From: Vermamoeba vermiformis
Lineage: Eukaryota
Assembly (NCBI GenBank): GCA_045837725.1
Contig: JBEWZL010000247.1
Span: forward strand, 1 to 64,000
Reading direction: 5' to 3'
Length of the DNA stretch: 64,000 nucleotides
Below, piece by piece: positions 1 to 14,307 of the stretch. The notes beneath the pieces are model-generated. The model did not search any database and was not told where the DNA came from. It was given only the letters and a program-made list of their open reading frames with translations. Made by a program: the position numbers and the translations under genes. How positions within the stretch are numbered: the stretch's first letter is position 1; every line of letters starts with the position of its first letter.

Positions 1-343
1 ATTCGTTGAAATACATTGCTATCGTTTTTATCTCTAAATACTCAGATACTTCGGTGTAATTGCATCGGGGTGCAAGATCGTATTTGCCGTCATAATTGTA
101 TTCTCACTTTGAAGGCTGTACTTTCTGAGAGATGTCACATCTGTTCATAACTCACTTTGGGATGAAGTTATGTTGTCGCTGTCGTGGTCGAGCAATGGAC
201 GATGCAGATTAAAATTGTCATAATTGTAGGTTGTCAAACAAACACTATGAGACTCCAAAATTTTACGGAATATATGTCTGCTACGATGTAATTGCTCATT
301 TTGCACGAGAATAAGGGAAGATCTGTGCTGACTGGGTAAGAAT

Positions 344-610
344 CCAGAAATATTTCGTTCCTGATCGTGCGATCGGAGTCACATCGCACTTGCGTATGTA
401 ATAGATTATATTGTATCCAAATCTACGTTTGTGAGCAGATCGCACGAGAAAGGACTGAGAATGCCACGATCCTAATGATCCGCCAGAATATTCGTTCCTC
501 ATCGTGCGATCAGAGTCACATTGCACTTACATGTACAATAGATTATGTTGTATCAAAATCTACGTTCGTGAGCTGATTGCACGAGAAACGACCGAGAACG
601 GTTCGATCCA
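344..610. repeat. Imperfect tandem direct repeat, period ~139 bp (two clear copies, trace of a third upstream)
   Basis: CCAGAA(A)TATT(T)CGTTCCT.ATCGTGCGATC.GAGTCACAT.GCACTT... starts at 344 and 483; TGCACGAGAA-like words recur at ~302, ~441 and ~578. Confidence 0.85.
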
Positions 611-969
611 TTACTTTTTCGCATCTTTAAAGGAGCACCACAGCAGCATTAATTAAGCGAATAATATGGCACAAAATAATATATACGCAATTATTTAACA
701 AACAGAAACGCTATTTGGGTAAGGAACGGTAGCAGATGTCGAAGATCTTTTCATAATCCTTTATTTGATGCAATGGTGCGCTCATAAAATATTTTTTTAA
801 TTCGTCGTTGTGTAATTTTAGAATATTGTGAATATTTACAACTAAATCTAAGTTTTTTCAGTATTAGAAAAACAAATCCAATCAAGTGAGCGCTCTTTGC
901 AATCCAATACTCATTAATATCACTACTTTATAAAATACACCCACTATTATTATTTGAACAAATTGATAG

Positions 970-3093
970 CAGGAACACCAATCGTAGCTTAGTTTTGTTC
1001 TGCTCATTCCCTTCGTCATCGTACTTTTGTTGCGGTCAGTGCACAATCGACAAACTCTTCGTGCGATCAGTTCATGGCTTGTGGCACCACCTACATGAAC
1101 CAAATACAAGGACCAATGGGGTCACAAAATATGAGCGAGATCTGTCGACTTGGTCGCGAGTACTACGGATGCACCTTCCTCACCGAACTTTATGCACTCC
1201 TTTTCCAAGCTCGTATCTAGAGGAGTACTACCGCGTGCTGGATCTAGTGGCGGACTCTTGTCAAACTACGTGCCCTCAGCCCGCTGCTGGTGCTGTCAAC
1301 ACGCGAAAAGTCTGCACGGCTAACGGAGATCCGCATCCGACGACCTTTGACGGCAAACACTTCACAGTTGGTGCCATGTCTCAAACACTATTCGAAGATG
1401 ATTGGCTGTTGGTCAAGACGGTCAATCAATTCATGCCAGGCACCGCCAGCATACCGTGGATCAAGGCTATTTTCATTCAATACAAAAACTGCACGTATTT
1501 CCAGTCGACTATTGAAGGCTCAGGAAGTGCGATTCGAGCATATGGAATTGGTGTACATCTCGTCACCTCTTGTTGCTGATCGTTCTGAAGTCCACATCCA
1601 GTTACGCGGGATCAACACGGACATTTTGATTTCGGGCGATTCACCACTGCGCATCAGCATTGCATCACCGTTTTGGCAAACAGCTAAAGGCGATTGCACT
1701 TTGACTCAAGCTTCGTCTGGCGTGCTGGATGCGACGGGTGCAAGCGCATTGGTTCAAGTTCCTACCAAGAATGGCAAACTCTCGCTACACAAATGTGCCA
1801 AGGCTTGCCTGATACTTTTAGACAAGGTAAAGCGCATTATAGGCAAAACAGAGATAAATATGATATTAAAGTCGAATCTTCAAGGTTGCACGGTCGACGT
1901 CGCTCTTACCGGAAACAAATCTCTCGCAGCAGAAGCTCAAGCGGCCAGCGAATTGCACAATGAAGCGGTGGCATTGGGAGATGGATTTCAGGCAATCGAT
2001 TTCGCCATTTATTACGGTAATCGTTTTTCAAGCGAGATTTAGGATCCTAAATCCACTACTGACGGATCCGATGCACAGATGACTTGCCAATCGGCCTTGG
2101 CGTATCTTTGGGATTTGTATTAGCGGTATGCATAGTAGCTGCCTTCTTATGGCAATACAAAAAGCTGAAAGCAGATCCGATCGAGCTGGGCAAGAACTGG
2201 CCTTGTCACCGACCAGCCCTGCCAAACTGCTGCTCGTCAACACAAACATTGCAGGTCATACGCCTGTCAGCAATCGTGGTGCCTTCAATCAGCATAGGAC
2301 TCGGCTTCCCTCCTTCATTATTGGTGTTGCCGTTCCTGAGAGCGGTGAGTGGCGAGGGTCGCTGAGAATTCTGCTTAGTTTAATTTACTAAATTACTATA
2401 GGCTTGCTTGGAGCCTTCGGCGTGATACTTTTGACGCATGTTATTTGGACGAAAAAAACTGCCAAGTCCTTGGGGCTGCTCTACAAACAAGGTCCTCCGA
2501 AATACGTTCGAGCATTAATCGCCGTTCAATACGCATTGGGAATTTTCACGGCAGTAGCGTCAATGTTCTTGTTGGTCTTATTCTCTGGCGCGTCAATCAT
2601 CGAAGTGATTTGCTTCCCTTCTTGCCTTAGCGCGCTCACTGATGGTCAAATTGCCATCGCGGCGAGTGCTTGGGCAACAACATTCTTTGTGTTTGTGACG
2701 CTAGTATTACACGCGTTTAGCTGCTCGTACATTTGGATCACTGCAACACTCTTGCTTCAGTTCACTGAGGCGCCATTAGAAGAGAAAAAGTCCCAATCCA
2801 ACGTCGGTAGGTGTGTCGAGCCTGTCAATGCCACCACACACTCTGTCGCAGAACCTCAACAACTGCCAACTGAATATCGGATCTTGCTTGAAAAGGACAG
2901 CAGCAAACAGATTTTGGAAGTCGGAGCGGTGTTCTTGAGCTCGTTGGAGTTGTTCAAAGGTTATTTGCAAGCGAATGGCCACATCAGCGACAAAAATCAA
3001 CATGTTGAAGTATGGCACAACGCGTTCTCAGAGTTCACCGACATGAATGTTTTAATTGCCCAAAATGCCCCGCGAGTTAGAATAGTCATTTAA
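970..3093 (+). CDS. RGM/vWF-D-like GDPH protein with C-terminal multi-pass membrane region; several frameshifts (assembly errors or pseudogene); start uncertain
   Basis: CTANGDPHPTTFDGK...LFEDDWLLVKTVN...IFIQYKNC resembles the RGM GDPH/vWD segment. It continues in another frame (EVHIQLRGINTDILI), then a TM helix (IGLGVSLGFVLAVCIVAAFLW), a GT-AG intron at ~2345-2401 and further hydrophobic helices. Confidence 0.55.
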
Positions 3094-3140
3094 TCATTAT
3101 ATTAGTCAGCCAAACTTTATTACTGGATATAAATGACCGG

Positions 3141-3736
3141 TTAGAGCTTGGCTCTTAGGTATTCCAAAGCCTGGATCGTTTGGTTTTTTAAACGCAACTC
3201 CTTTGGTTCCTTTTCTTGTTGACGCACCAAGTCCACAAAGGTATGAAATTTGAGCATTGTTTCATCCAGTTCTTTTCGTTCTTTTTTGGATGCCGCTGTA
3301 TGACTCGGTAAAACAAATCTGTAATCGTCTCCTTCCACCCCACGTTCTTAAAATTCGGCCCATTTTCTACAAATTTGACGAAACTCTCCTGCTTGCTATT
3401 GACGACAGCTTCTGCTTCAAGATCTGCTGCTTCTTTTTGCCGTTGATTATTGGATGCAAAATTATTGGTTGAATTTTTAAAAGAGAGATATGCATATATT
3501 AAATTTGATTGTTCTCTGGTTAAATTTGGTATTTGTTTTTCGATGTCGACGATAATGCTGTTTACCAGATCTGAAATAACTTGCTTCGTGGAAGAGGTTA
3601 AATTAGCCGTTAGAATTTGAACCTTGGTGCGCAAGTCTGCAACTTCATCCTTTAATTGTTGAATTTCATTGGCATCCTTCGTCAATTGATCTTGGATGTT
3701 GACGGTTGTCCACGAGCCAGCATTATTAGATGACAT
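3141..3736 (-). CDS. Hypothetical coiled-coil protein, one apparent frameshift near 3340
   Basis: ORF 3736-3188 has a heptad-like N-terminus (IQQLKDEVADLRTKVQIL); the overlapping frame (..WVEGDDYRFVLP..LRAKL*) gives a more natural C-terminus; an intron acceptor with CTAAC lies just upstream of the ATG. Confidence 0.45.
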
Positions 3737-3923
3737 TATGCTAAAATTAATAACACGTATTTGTGGTTAGCGCAGAAAAATAGATAAATAATACGATTGT
3801 GACTTTCAATTCGCCGGGGCTAACAAATTTTGACTAGTTTTCTATTCTTTTTATCTCAAAGAATTGATTCGTCAACAAAAATGGAGTTTTTGGAAGCTAT
3901 ACTCTCATTGCTTTTTACAACTA

Positions 3924-5993
3924 TCAGGAAACATGTAGATTCCATTCGAAGCTTCGAGAAGAGTTGGCGTCAAATTGGTCGAAGATCACGAACTGATTGC
4001 TAGCACGGAAGTAGACAATGGAGCGAATGGCACGTGTTAACTGAAGAGATGAGTTTGTTACGCCATAGTTGTACGCGACCAAAGCATCTCCAGTGACGAA
4101 GTCAAACTCGTTTGAGTGGCCAAATTGAGTGATGTTGCCTGTTGCCGAGATATTATCAATCATTTGCCCAACACCTCCGTCCATTGTCACACCACCGCTC
4201 TTAGATCGTGTGGTCCTAGTCCAACCATTATGATGAGCAGATCCATAGTAATCGTAGTAACCGCTGTTGATAAGCAGCGCTTTGCCTTTGTGTGCAAATG
4301 TGAAGCACAACTGATCCGCGTAGTTGTGATTGAACGAGCCGAATCTGCCTGAGCGGAAAAACATTGAAGTGCGTAGATTGTCAGCAAGAGAGCTGTGGAA
4401 TGAGGCCCAGCCAATCGATTCCAAGTGGATAGCATTGGGATAGTTGCCTGTCAGAGGCTGAGGCGAGTTGAACTCACGACTCCAAATAACATCGTAGCGG
4501 CGCGTGTCGACAATGCCTTTGTAGGTGAGCGCATTGCAGTACCAGTTATAAAGTTCTTGGTATTCCATGGTCGGAGATTCATCAAGGACGTAACTAACAA
4601 CGTTGAGACAGACCATGGGTTGATACACTCGCATGTCATTCTGCCCGCTGTCGCCAAAGCCAAGGCCACCGGATGCTGCGCCTGGCGGGGAGAAGTAAAT
4701 GAACTGCAAGGGCCACCGCTGCACCCACTGCTTCTGGTACAGACTCACGCCAGTACTCCACTTCAAGAATTTGAAGTTAGCCGGTTCACTTGTCGCGGAG
4801 TAGTAGTTGTAGCCCATGCCGTCGCCGAAGCCTCCTTCGTGCTCGCCCCACGTGCTGTACATGTTGAAGAACATCGGAATACTCGCTGCCCATGCGTCTG
4901 CTTCAGGAATCAGTCCAAGCATTGCCGCACTAGCACTGGCAACGTTGCCGAGAGTGGCGGCACCATGAGAGTCGTACGGCGCTGTCATTAATTGAGTCAA
5001 GAAATATCCGTTGTTGTACGCTTGCTCGGTTCTGTTCTGGATGTTCGCCAAGATTCTATTGCGATCAGTTACGGTGAAATTGTCGTAGATCAAATCAAGG
5101 GTTTGAGCCAATGACAAGAGGATAGCTCCGTTTACTAGATCTTGTGAGGCATAGCTTGTTGCTCCGGCTGGATCCGCGTCCAAAAGTGCTAATGTTCTTC
5201 GCTGGAGCTCGTTGACGAAAGTTGCATTTGACGAGTCGTACCAAAGAGCGTAAATGCAGTTTGAAATGTAAAGGACCTGCGGACTGGTGTAATCATTCAT
5301 AACGCTCAATAGGTAGGCAGCCCATTCAGGAGATCCAAGAGGAAAATCACTAGCAGTTTTGTTCGGCGCAACAGGAAGTGTTGCTCCGAGCTTACTGTTC
5401 AGGTACGGAATTACAACGGTATTCAGTTGCTTGACGAATGATTGACCAGCGGATGAAGCCAAGAAAGCTGTCTTCGCATCGCCCTTAAGCAACAACCGTG
5501 GCCGAGCAGAATTCTTCGTCGTTGTGATGACGTCACTTGGCACGATAAATGTTGTGGCATCGGATGTGACGAAGAACGAGCGCACATCGCTGTCAGTCGA
5601 CGTGCCCATGACAGAGTCCATCAAAGTCACTCTCCAAAAGTAGGTCGTGTCCACGGGTAAGGCAAGTGGCACGTTGTAAAAGTTGTTCGTCGTGTTGAAA
5701 CTCCAGTCAGGTTGACGATCGGATGCCGAGTTGGCCCAGATCGACAATTTAAAGGATTTGCCGGTGCCAAGATATCCTTGAGCTGTCCACCAAAATGAGG
5801 GAGGATTAGATTTGATAATTGCTCCATCTGGCGGAACGATCCGAACGTAAAGCAATCCATGATTCGTTAACAAATCTAACAATTGACATTAGCAAAGGGT
5901 AAATATGCGATCATCAAATTAAATACCTCCGACAACAAAATTCGATGCGATCGCCAGCAGGATAAATGCCATAAAAAACAGATGCAGTCTCAT
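3924..5993 (-). CDS. Secreted DUF4962 + heparinase II/III-like polysaccharide lyase, C-terminus possibly truncated
   Basis: Signal-peptide exon 5993-5927 (MRLHLFFMAFILLAIASNFVVG), intron 5926-5876, then one long exon with PPDGA..NPPSFWW, RPRL, YDSHG, FGDS, SFNHNYADQLCF, YYDYYGSAHH, FEWNLH. Confidence 0.8.
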
Positions 5994-6625
5994 TGCGACC
6001 AGTTTGTCAGCTCACTAGCGAAATATTGGTCTGTTAACAAATTTAAGTTCACATTAAGATATGCCTTACGGTGATTGTTGGCTCTAATTCAAGATTTTGT
6101 TAATTAATAAAATAAGACGCGCGAGCTAAATTTTCTTACTTTTTTTGAATCACTTCCCATCCCCTTGTTAGTCTTTGCGGTCTACTTATCGGAGTTCCGT
6201 TTACCTATAATTACAAGAGCGCAAGTTAAAAGGACGTAGGGAGCTACTAAGAATTAGTTTACTCTAATCGACGTATTTAATCTAATTTAAGGTTAAAAAT
6301 TATAATATTTATTATATTATCAAATAGACTTGCTGGAAATAAGTGAAGACCTATTTCGTAATTTAATTTATTATTAACCAATTATTTTGCAACACTGAAA
6401 TGCATTTACAAATTTTATAGACTTTTCGAGTGAAGTTCTTACGCTTAGGTCTACCATAGGCATAATATGACGCAGCATTATTAATTCTACGAGACAAAAA
6501 CCTCCCAATCTCTGTTACTCTTTTATCACGTGCTTAAGCTAAAGAGAGTTTTGTTTTTTGAAGTTCATTTTTCTGCTCTCTCGCGCTAGTCAACAACCAC
6601 TCCTTATTCTCCGACAATATGAAGC

Positions 6626-8092
6626 ATGTTGACAAAGCTTCGCGATAAGCTTGAATCGGACAACTGGCTGCTTATATCTCTGCTGACTCGGTTTAAGCGC
6701 CTACATCCGACTCAACCTTTGTCAGCAACCCCGAATAGTGCCGTAAGTGTTTAGAATGTGGTTATTAGCTATTAAAAAATTATGTTATAGACCAGAGACT
6801 GTTTGCGGCTTCGTCTTTCTGAATTCCAGGCCAGTACGAAACCCGATGCGTTTTCAGGTCGGTCCATAAGTTTTTAAAAATTCATCAAAGCCTCAAATTG
6901 ACATATATACGATATATTAAACAATTTATAAGGTTGTTTGAAATTATTAAAATCATCTGGATCGAAATTGAATTTCAAACTTTTTTTTTGGCGGTCAAAT
7001 CCAACTTTGAGCCTCACTTTCGGACTTCTACCTCGAAATACTATTATTTCGCATTTATAGTATATATATATTATGAGCTTCTTACTATAGAAGATTTCAC
7101 GTTCGAACTCGATCTTCATTCGTTCGTAGAGCTCAAAAATCTTGTCCTATTTCTTAGCTGACCAATAGTAATGATTCCTTGTTGAGATATTGTATTATAT
7201 ATTCGAGAATTTCCTCAAGCAGAGCAAAATTTCTTGAGGAGATATTCGAGAATCGGATCGGTCAATTTGCAGTTAACTTGATCGAGCCCAGGAGCGAAAA
7301 AGCTAACAGATTCGACATGAAATTCGACGCCCTGCAATATTAGATAATCCCAACAAGCATTCCTATTACGGCGCTCTTTGGTACTCTTTCTTTGCCTCGT
7401 CTAAAGGATCGGGCAAACCCAAGGAACCCTGGTCAGTCCATGCCACCGTTCAACGTGTGGAAAATCAAACCAACTTGTGACGTGAGTTGAGATTTTTCAG
7501 TTACGTTACAACTTCACTGCAATGGAACACAAATCTTCTTTTTCACGAGCGATAGAATTATTGCTGGGCCATTCCACCGAAGTTTCTTCTGCATCAGGTG
7601 GTGGTAGGCCACCCATCAGGCCTACGATGATTAGCAACTTAGGCACAGCAGTTGCAGCAAGCACCATAATCTTGGTGATGCAACGGATATTCGAGTAAGT
7701 CTGCTTCACATTCAAGCGTGAATTCGCGAAGTAATGTTTGCACGTACAAATTTTCGACGATCTTTTTTTTTGCATTTTCTGAACTCGACAATATAAGAAG
7801 CAATACTAATCATGGACTATTTTCTATTCAGATCCCTACGAACAAAGCAGCAGCTCTGAAACATGAGCTTACAGTTGAAATCCAGGGCCGAAAGTATGCC
7901 GTCAACAACCAAGAGGAAAAAGTCGAGGAGCTCAAAACTTCTAACAACGAGTACATCAAAGCGCTCAACAAAAGGTTGGATGCGCACGATAAGCAGTTCG
8001 AGCTCAAAACTGCTAATAACGAGCTCAACCGAAATTTGGATGAACTCCTTCGACGGTCGCGTAACAACAGATATGGCGACCTAGAAGAGTAA
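6626..8092 (+). pseudogene. Spliced gene or gene remnant of unknown function with coiled-coil C-terminus
   Basis: ATG at 6626 (MLTKLRDKLESDNW..), GTAAGT donors at ~6743 and ~7695, protein-like fragments broken by stops and frameshifts, last exon VEELKTSNNEYIKALNKRL.. Confidence 0.3.
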
Positions 8093-8233
8093 ACCTAGTA
8101 ACCATTTGTATAACTATGTAAATATTATTATTGTAGTTACAGAAATAATTATAATAAAGAATTCATACTATACTAATGCAACCTCGCTGCTTCAAAATAA
8201 CCATGCTATATCTAAACTAAAATAACGTTTATG

Positions 8234-9491
<1,258 letters not shown>

Positions 9492-9641
9492 TTATATAAA
9501 TAATGAACATGAACAAAATGGGCTCAACAACACGATCGAACCAGTTGCACAAAATGCAGCTCGGCGGATCAGGAAGGGTCGGAAAAATGATGATCTTAGG
9601 GATCCATAGATATTACGACAGGCAAAAAGAAAAAAAAGTAA

Positions 9642-9760
9642 AGAGCACAACACCTCCGATTCCCAGGTAGTCTCCTACCCCAGTACTAAGAAGGCCTGAA
9701 CAAGCTTAACTTCGCTGATCGGACGGGAAGCGGTGCATTCTTGTTAGTGTGGTCGTGCCC
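9642..9760 (-). rRNA. 5S rRNA (dispersed copy)
   Basis: 119 nt GGGCACGACCACAC...CCCGTCCGATCAGCGAAGTTAAGC...TTAGTACTGGGGTAGGAGACTACCTGGGAATC...GTGCTCTT; ends pair; followed by T-runs (Pol III terminator). Confidence 0.95.
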
Positions 9761-9901
9761 GAGACAAAAATCAATTTCGTGGTGGAGTCACTACTTGCTG
9801 CACCCTAAAGATGGAGATCCGACTTCTTCTGTACACGGATCTGATAAATTTAAAGTTGTTGTTTAATTATAAGTTACAATGCCGAAGCAACGAAAGACAC
9901 T

Positions 9902-12900
9902 CTAATTAAAGAGTTTTCTTTTCTTGTTGTTGGCGGGCGATGATTTAATCGAGTTGATCGTAGAAAACAGCGAACCGGAAGTAGGAGCAGGTTGCGCGGT
10001 CAGTTTGGCAAACGGATTTGCTAAACAAGAACTCGTAAGTATTTGGACTGAATGAAGTTAATTAATTACCTTTAACAGCGGCAGGCTGCTTCTTTTCAAC
10101 GGGCTTGGCAGGCAAGCTATTCAAGATGTTGGTAGCGTTGCGCTCGTTTTCCTTAATGGAGCTTGATTGTTGAGATTCAACGCTCTCTTCATCACTCTCT
10201 TGGTCGCTTTCAACTGCAGTGACTTTGTGAGTGTCCATTGACGTTCTTTGACGCTTGGTAGGACGAGCATCGGAGTCGTCTTCAGCGCTGGATGCGGATG
10301 TAGCCGAAGGCACAACATCGTGCATAAAGCGACCTTGTTGCTCCTATATAAAGTATTCGATGAGTACTTGCCGGCTATAGTCTAACTATTAATGCTACGT
10401 ACGCTCAGGTTTTGAATCTTTTGAGCCAAAGCACCGTGATTGAGTCGTTGAGCAACGGCCAAACCAATTGACAACGAGCGACGCAAAAGCATCAATGAAG
10501 CAGCATCATAAGCACGTTCAAGCTTGTCACCACTAGCAGCAGCCTAAACATTAAGAGGATTGTTAGGTAGAGCTATTATGAAGCGGATGTGGTTATAACA
10601 TACGGCGAGGATCTCAGTCATGAGTTTGTCGAGCTTGACTTGCTCATCGAGCAAATCACTATCAGTCTTCCAAGAAGAGCCATCGACGCACTTATCCATT
10701 GCTTCTTGTTTAGTATGGAAGTACCGGATGCTCTCGCGCATGTACTCTTCTTCCTTCTTGTTCACGTTCAAAACGGGGATTTGAAGCTGCAAAGTTGTAG
10801 GAGTTGGTCTCGGCAGGACTAACGGAGCGACTGCGCTTTCCTAAAAGGAAAAAATACCGTAAGTAATCAGCACGCTTAAAATAATAATATTATACGTACT
10901 GGCTTGGGAATATAGATGAGCTTGTCGTGCACGATACCAATAGGCCACACGCGAGTGCCTTTGCCGTTAGTTTCAGTCTCGCAGATCGGAGACCATTGTT
11001 TGCCCCATTCACCCTAACAACGTTCGGTTAGTACCATGCAAGTTAATTTCATTTGACTTACTTGGCTGGTAGGGCTAACAAGAGCTCGCAAAATACCAGC
11101 TGAGTCAAATGAGCAAAGCATCTAAAACGAAAGGTTAGAATAATGAGATCTCAAGGGTCGGAGATTGTGGATGCGTACGTGTTCTTCATCAGAAAAGCCA
11201 ATCCATTCCAATCTGCCCTTGCGGCTCAAAGGCAAGAAACCTTCAGTAAGAGTCAATTGCTTTTGAACATCAAGAACCATAAAGTTCATGTTCTGATCAC
11301 CTAAAAAAACAATTATTGTCAGATCGACTCGCCAAAATTAGTAGTTTAATGGACGTACCAGGAAGGTTAGGAGTAGCACTGAAAATGACGGCAAGTTTGC
11401 GTTGTTGACCGACCATTGCGACAACATCACCCGCAACAGACAAAACTGCGCGCTGAATGCCAGAAGTGGTGAAAATGCGCAAGAATCTGTTAGAAGTAGC
11501 AATAGCAATCCATTCATCACCAACAGCAACGGCTAAATGAGCACAAATTAGTTACGTTGTTTTCCACATACGGATCGAATCTAACTACGTACCTTCAACT
11601 TGCTCAGGTTGCTCCAATTTAATAGTCCAATCAGAGTTGTGAGCCCAAGACTCGAATTGGCAGTAAAGAACCGACGAGGCATTGCCGTCTTTGCCGTCAC
11701 TAGCCAAAACAACGGCCTTGTTACCCAAAGCAGCTTGACTACAAATATAACAGTTAAGAAGCGCTCTTAAAAACACTAGGCATGTATACTTACGTAATCT
11801 TAATACCCTTATTCATACTGAAGTTCTTATGAGCGCTTTGATCGCTGAATTCGACTTCAATATTAGTTGAAGCGTCGTCGTAACGAGCAACAACGCTGCC
11901 AGTTGTATTCCAAGCTATAATGTTACGTATTGTTAGGTAATGGAACTATGAACAAAGTAGCTTCATATTCGTACCAAGGTAACGGCGTTTTTCTTCAACG
12001 CTGGATGCGTTTGGTTGGAAAGGAGCTTGAATTTCGGGAGTGTAGCCTTGAATAATAGTAACAGGCTGTTTAGGTTCCTTAGGAGCCTTGTTTTTAGGAG
12101 CAGCCATGATATTCTTCGAAGTAGCGGATTTGAAGCTCTTTTCGCTGGCAACATCGTCAACGATAAAGTCGCCCATATCGTCGTTAATTACGGAAGAATT
12201 ATCATCAACCAAACTGCGACGAGACTTGCCCAAAGGTACCTTTCTGGAGGATGAACCACTAGGAAAAGTTAAAAAATTGTGGATTCGATTTTGAAAGCTT
12301 ACTGGTTGGATGTGTCGTCGAGAATCATTTGATCAAGGTCGTCTCCTTCATCGTCCTCATCAGCTTCATCATCCAATAGAAATTTTAGGGAGTTCTCTTG
12401 TCTCTGTACTTCAGCTAAGGGATCCGCTGCGGCAGTTTTCGCTTTTTTCTTCTTTGATTCAAAGATAACATTCTCAATAAGACCCCATTGACCTTCAACG
12501 GTAGACACGAGAAGAGTAGTTTGATTTTTTGGGTGCCACTCGATCGAGCTAACGCCAGCAACTTCAATTCTAAGAATGAAATGAGTCAGTACAATCCACT
12601 CGATGTGGCTCAAATAAATGATGTATGTTAATTACCTGTTAGTAGATGCCCAATCCTCGGTGGACCAGATAAAAACTGATTTCTCGTGAGCGGAGGCCAA
12701 GTAGTCGCCAGATGCAGACCAAGCAACGTCCAAAACCTTAGATGGCTCCTCTGTGGTGTATTGAACTTGCCAAGTATCACGAGAGATGATTGCAACACCT
12801 AATAATAGGTTAATAAAGGCGCTCTCATGACTGTTAAGCACGGATCTTACCTTTGTCGGTAGCGACGGCCAAATAAGCGCCACTCTTGCTCCAGGCCATT

Positions 12901-13726
12901 CTATTACGTTGTGATAGACTAACGATACGCATTAGAATTGTTTTGGGCGAGAAAATAAGAACAACAGATCAGGAACTTACGAGTTGTCCTTGCTAGCAAT
13001 GTTCAAAGTGGTCATAAGAGCGTCATCAGCGGTATATTTCCAGATTTTAACGGTGCCATCAGTAGCAGCAGAGGCAAGATAGTTTCTGCAAGGGTCAAAA
13101 GCCAAACTGGTTACGAAACCTTCGTGGCCCTTGATCGAGCGGAGATAAGTCATATCGTGACGTTGAAGCAATCTAATGGATCGATCGGTACTAGATATTA
13201 TGTTAGTAACGTACTTAATACCGTAAATGTCTTTTGAATCTCAAATCTAAGTCAGATTCGAATTTTACTTGACTTACCCGCAAGCAACGAAGTTTGTATC
13301 GCTCGAACCAGCAACTGAGTATACTTTCGTATCTACTCGATCAAATTGGTCACCACCTTCAATAATACCCTCGTCAATGCTCCACAAACGGGTTGTGCGA
13401 TCTGAAGATGCAGTCACCAGGAAAGTCTGACGAAATATTAGAATTTACTTGGTGGTAAAATATATATAGTGCCGTACGTTCATAATGGCAATATCGTTGA
13501 TTCCATCGTCGTGCTTTTTTTGATCAGACTTGGTTTCCCCGCTCTTGTCCAAGGCTTTCACCTTGTGAGAATGATCGCTCGTAAGAACGAATGCACCACT
13601 AATTATTAAATATTAATAAATCGATGTAGGAACCAATTATTGTTTCAGGAGAACTTACTCCTTATCTGTAAATCTGGCAAGAGTCCAACCCTTCACCGTG
13701 GCAACGTGTAATTTTACTTGGCTCAT
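9902..13726 (-). CDS. WDHD1: WDHD1/And-1/Ctf4 replisome hub protein, multi-exon
   Basis: N-terminal WD40 repeats (GHEGFVTSLAFDP..LASAATDGTVKIW), acidic linker, SepB region (QAPFQPNAS..RRYLAWN..IEVEF; WIGFS; FDSAGILR; WSPI; KLERAYDAA). Confidence 0.9.
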
Positions 13727-14307
13727 AGCACGAGTTTAGGCGTGGTAGTATGCTAAAGGAATAATGTTAAAAAACGTGTAGAAATTCGAAACAAAAGTCA
13801 AGTTACCGTTGTAAAAATTGAATTTTTTTGGCGGCAACTTTTCTGTCAGCTTTGTCTCGTCCTTGCACCACGCGTGCCTCTATAGTCTGGAAACCACCTC
13901 AGTTCTAGCGAACTCTTCACCGTTGCAGTTCGTTGCCGTTGCAATGTAGCATTTCAATAATCCGATCTTTTTGATCGACGACTCCTCGCATCTGGACACC
14001 TAGGTATTAATATTAAAATATTATTCCTTGATGGTTAAATTACGATAAGAATATTCCTTTCGCCTAATTACTATTTACCATAATTAAAATTTTATTAATT
14101 TTTCGATTTTCTAGTTCAAATCAATCAAGCTTGCATTGCTTCCAAATATTAAATTATCACCTTAGCCGCTAATGGGAATTTTATAAATATTAATTGCTAT
14201 CCAGTCAAAGCAACTCACAATGGACCAATTTTCCAACAACGACGCGTCAAAATGTGTTTTGTTGGCGACGCAAAATCAAACTAACTGTATTGATATAACA
14301 ACACGAC

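Noticed and set aside
344-610. CRISPR-like array
   Set aside because: Long imperfect units with no unique spacers, no cas genes, eukaryotic context.
4116-4991. Plus-strand ORFs over the lyase, and similar antisense ORFs over the kinases, the Cys-rich gene and 61109-61630
   Set aside because: Shadow frames of well-supported genes, with no motifs of their own.
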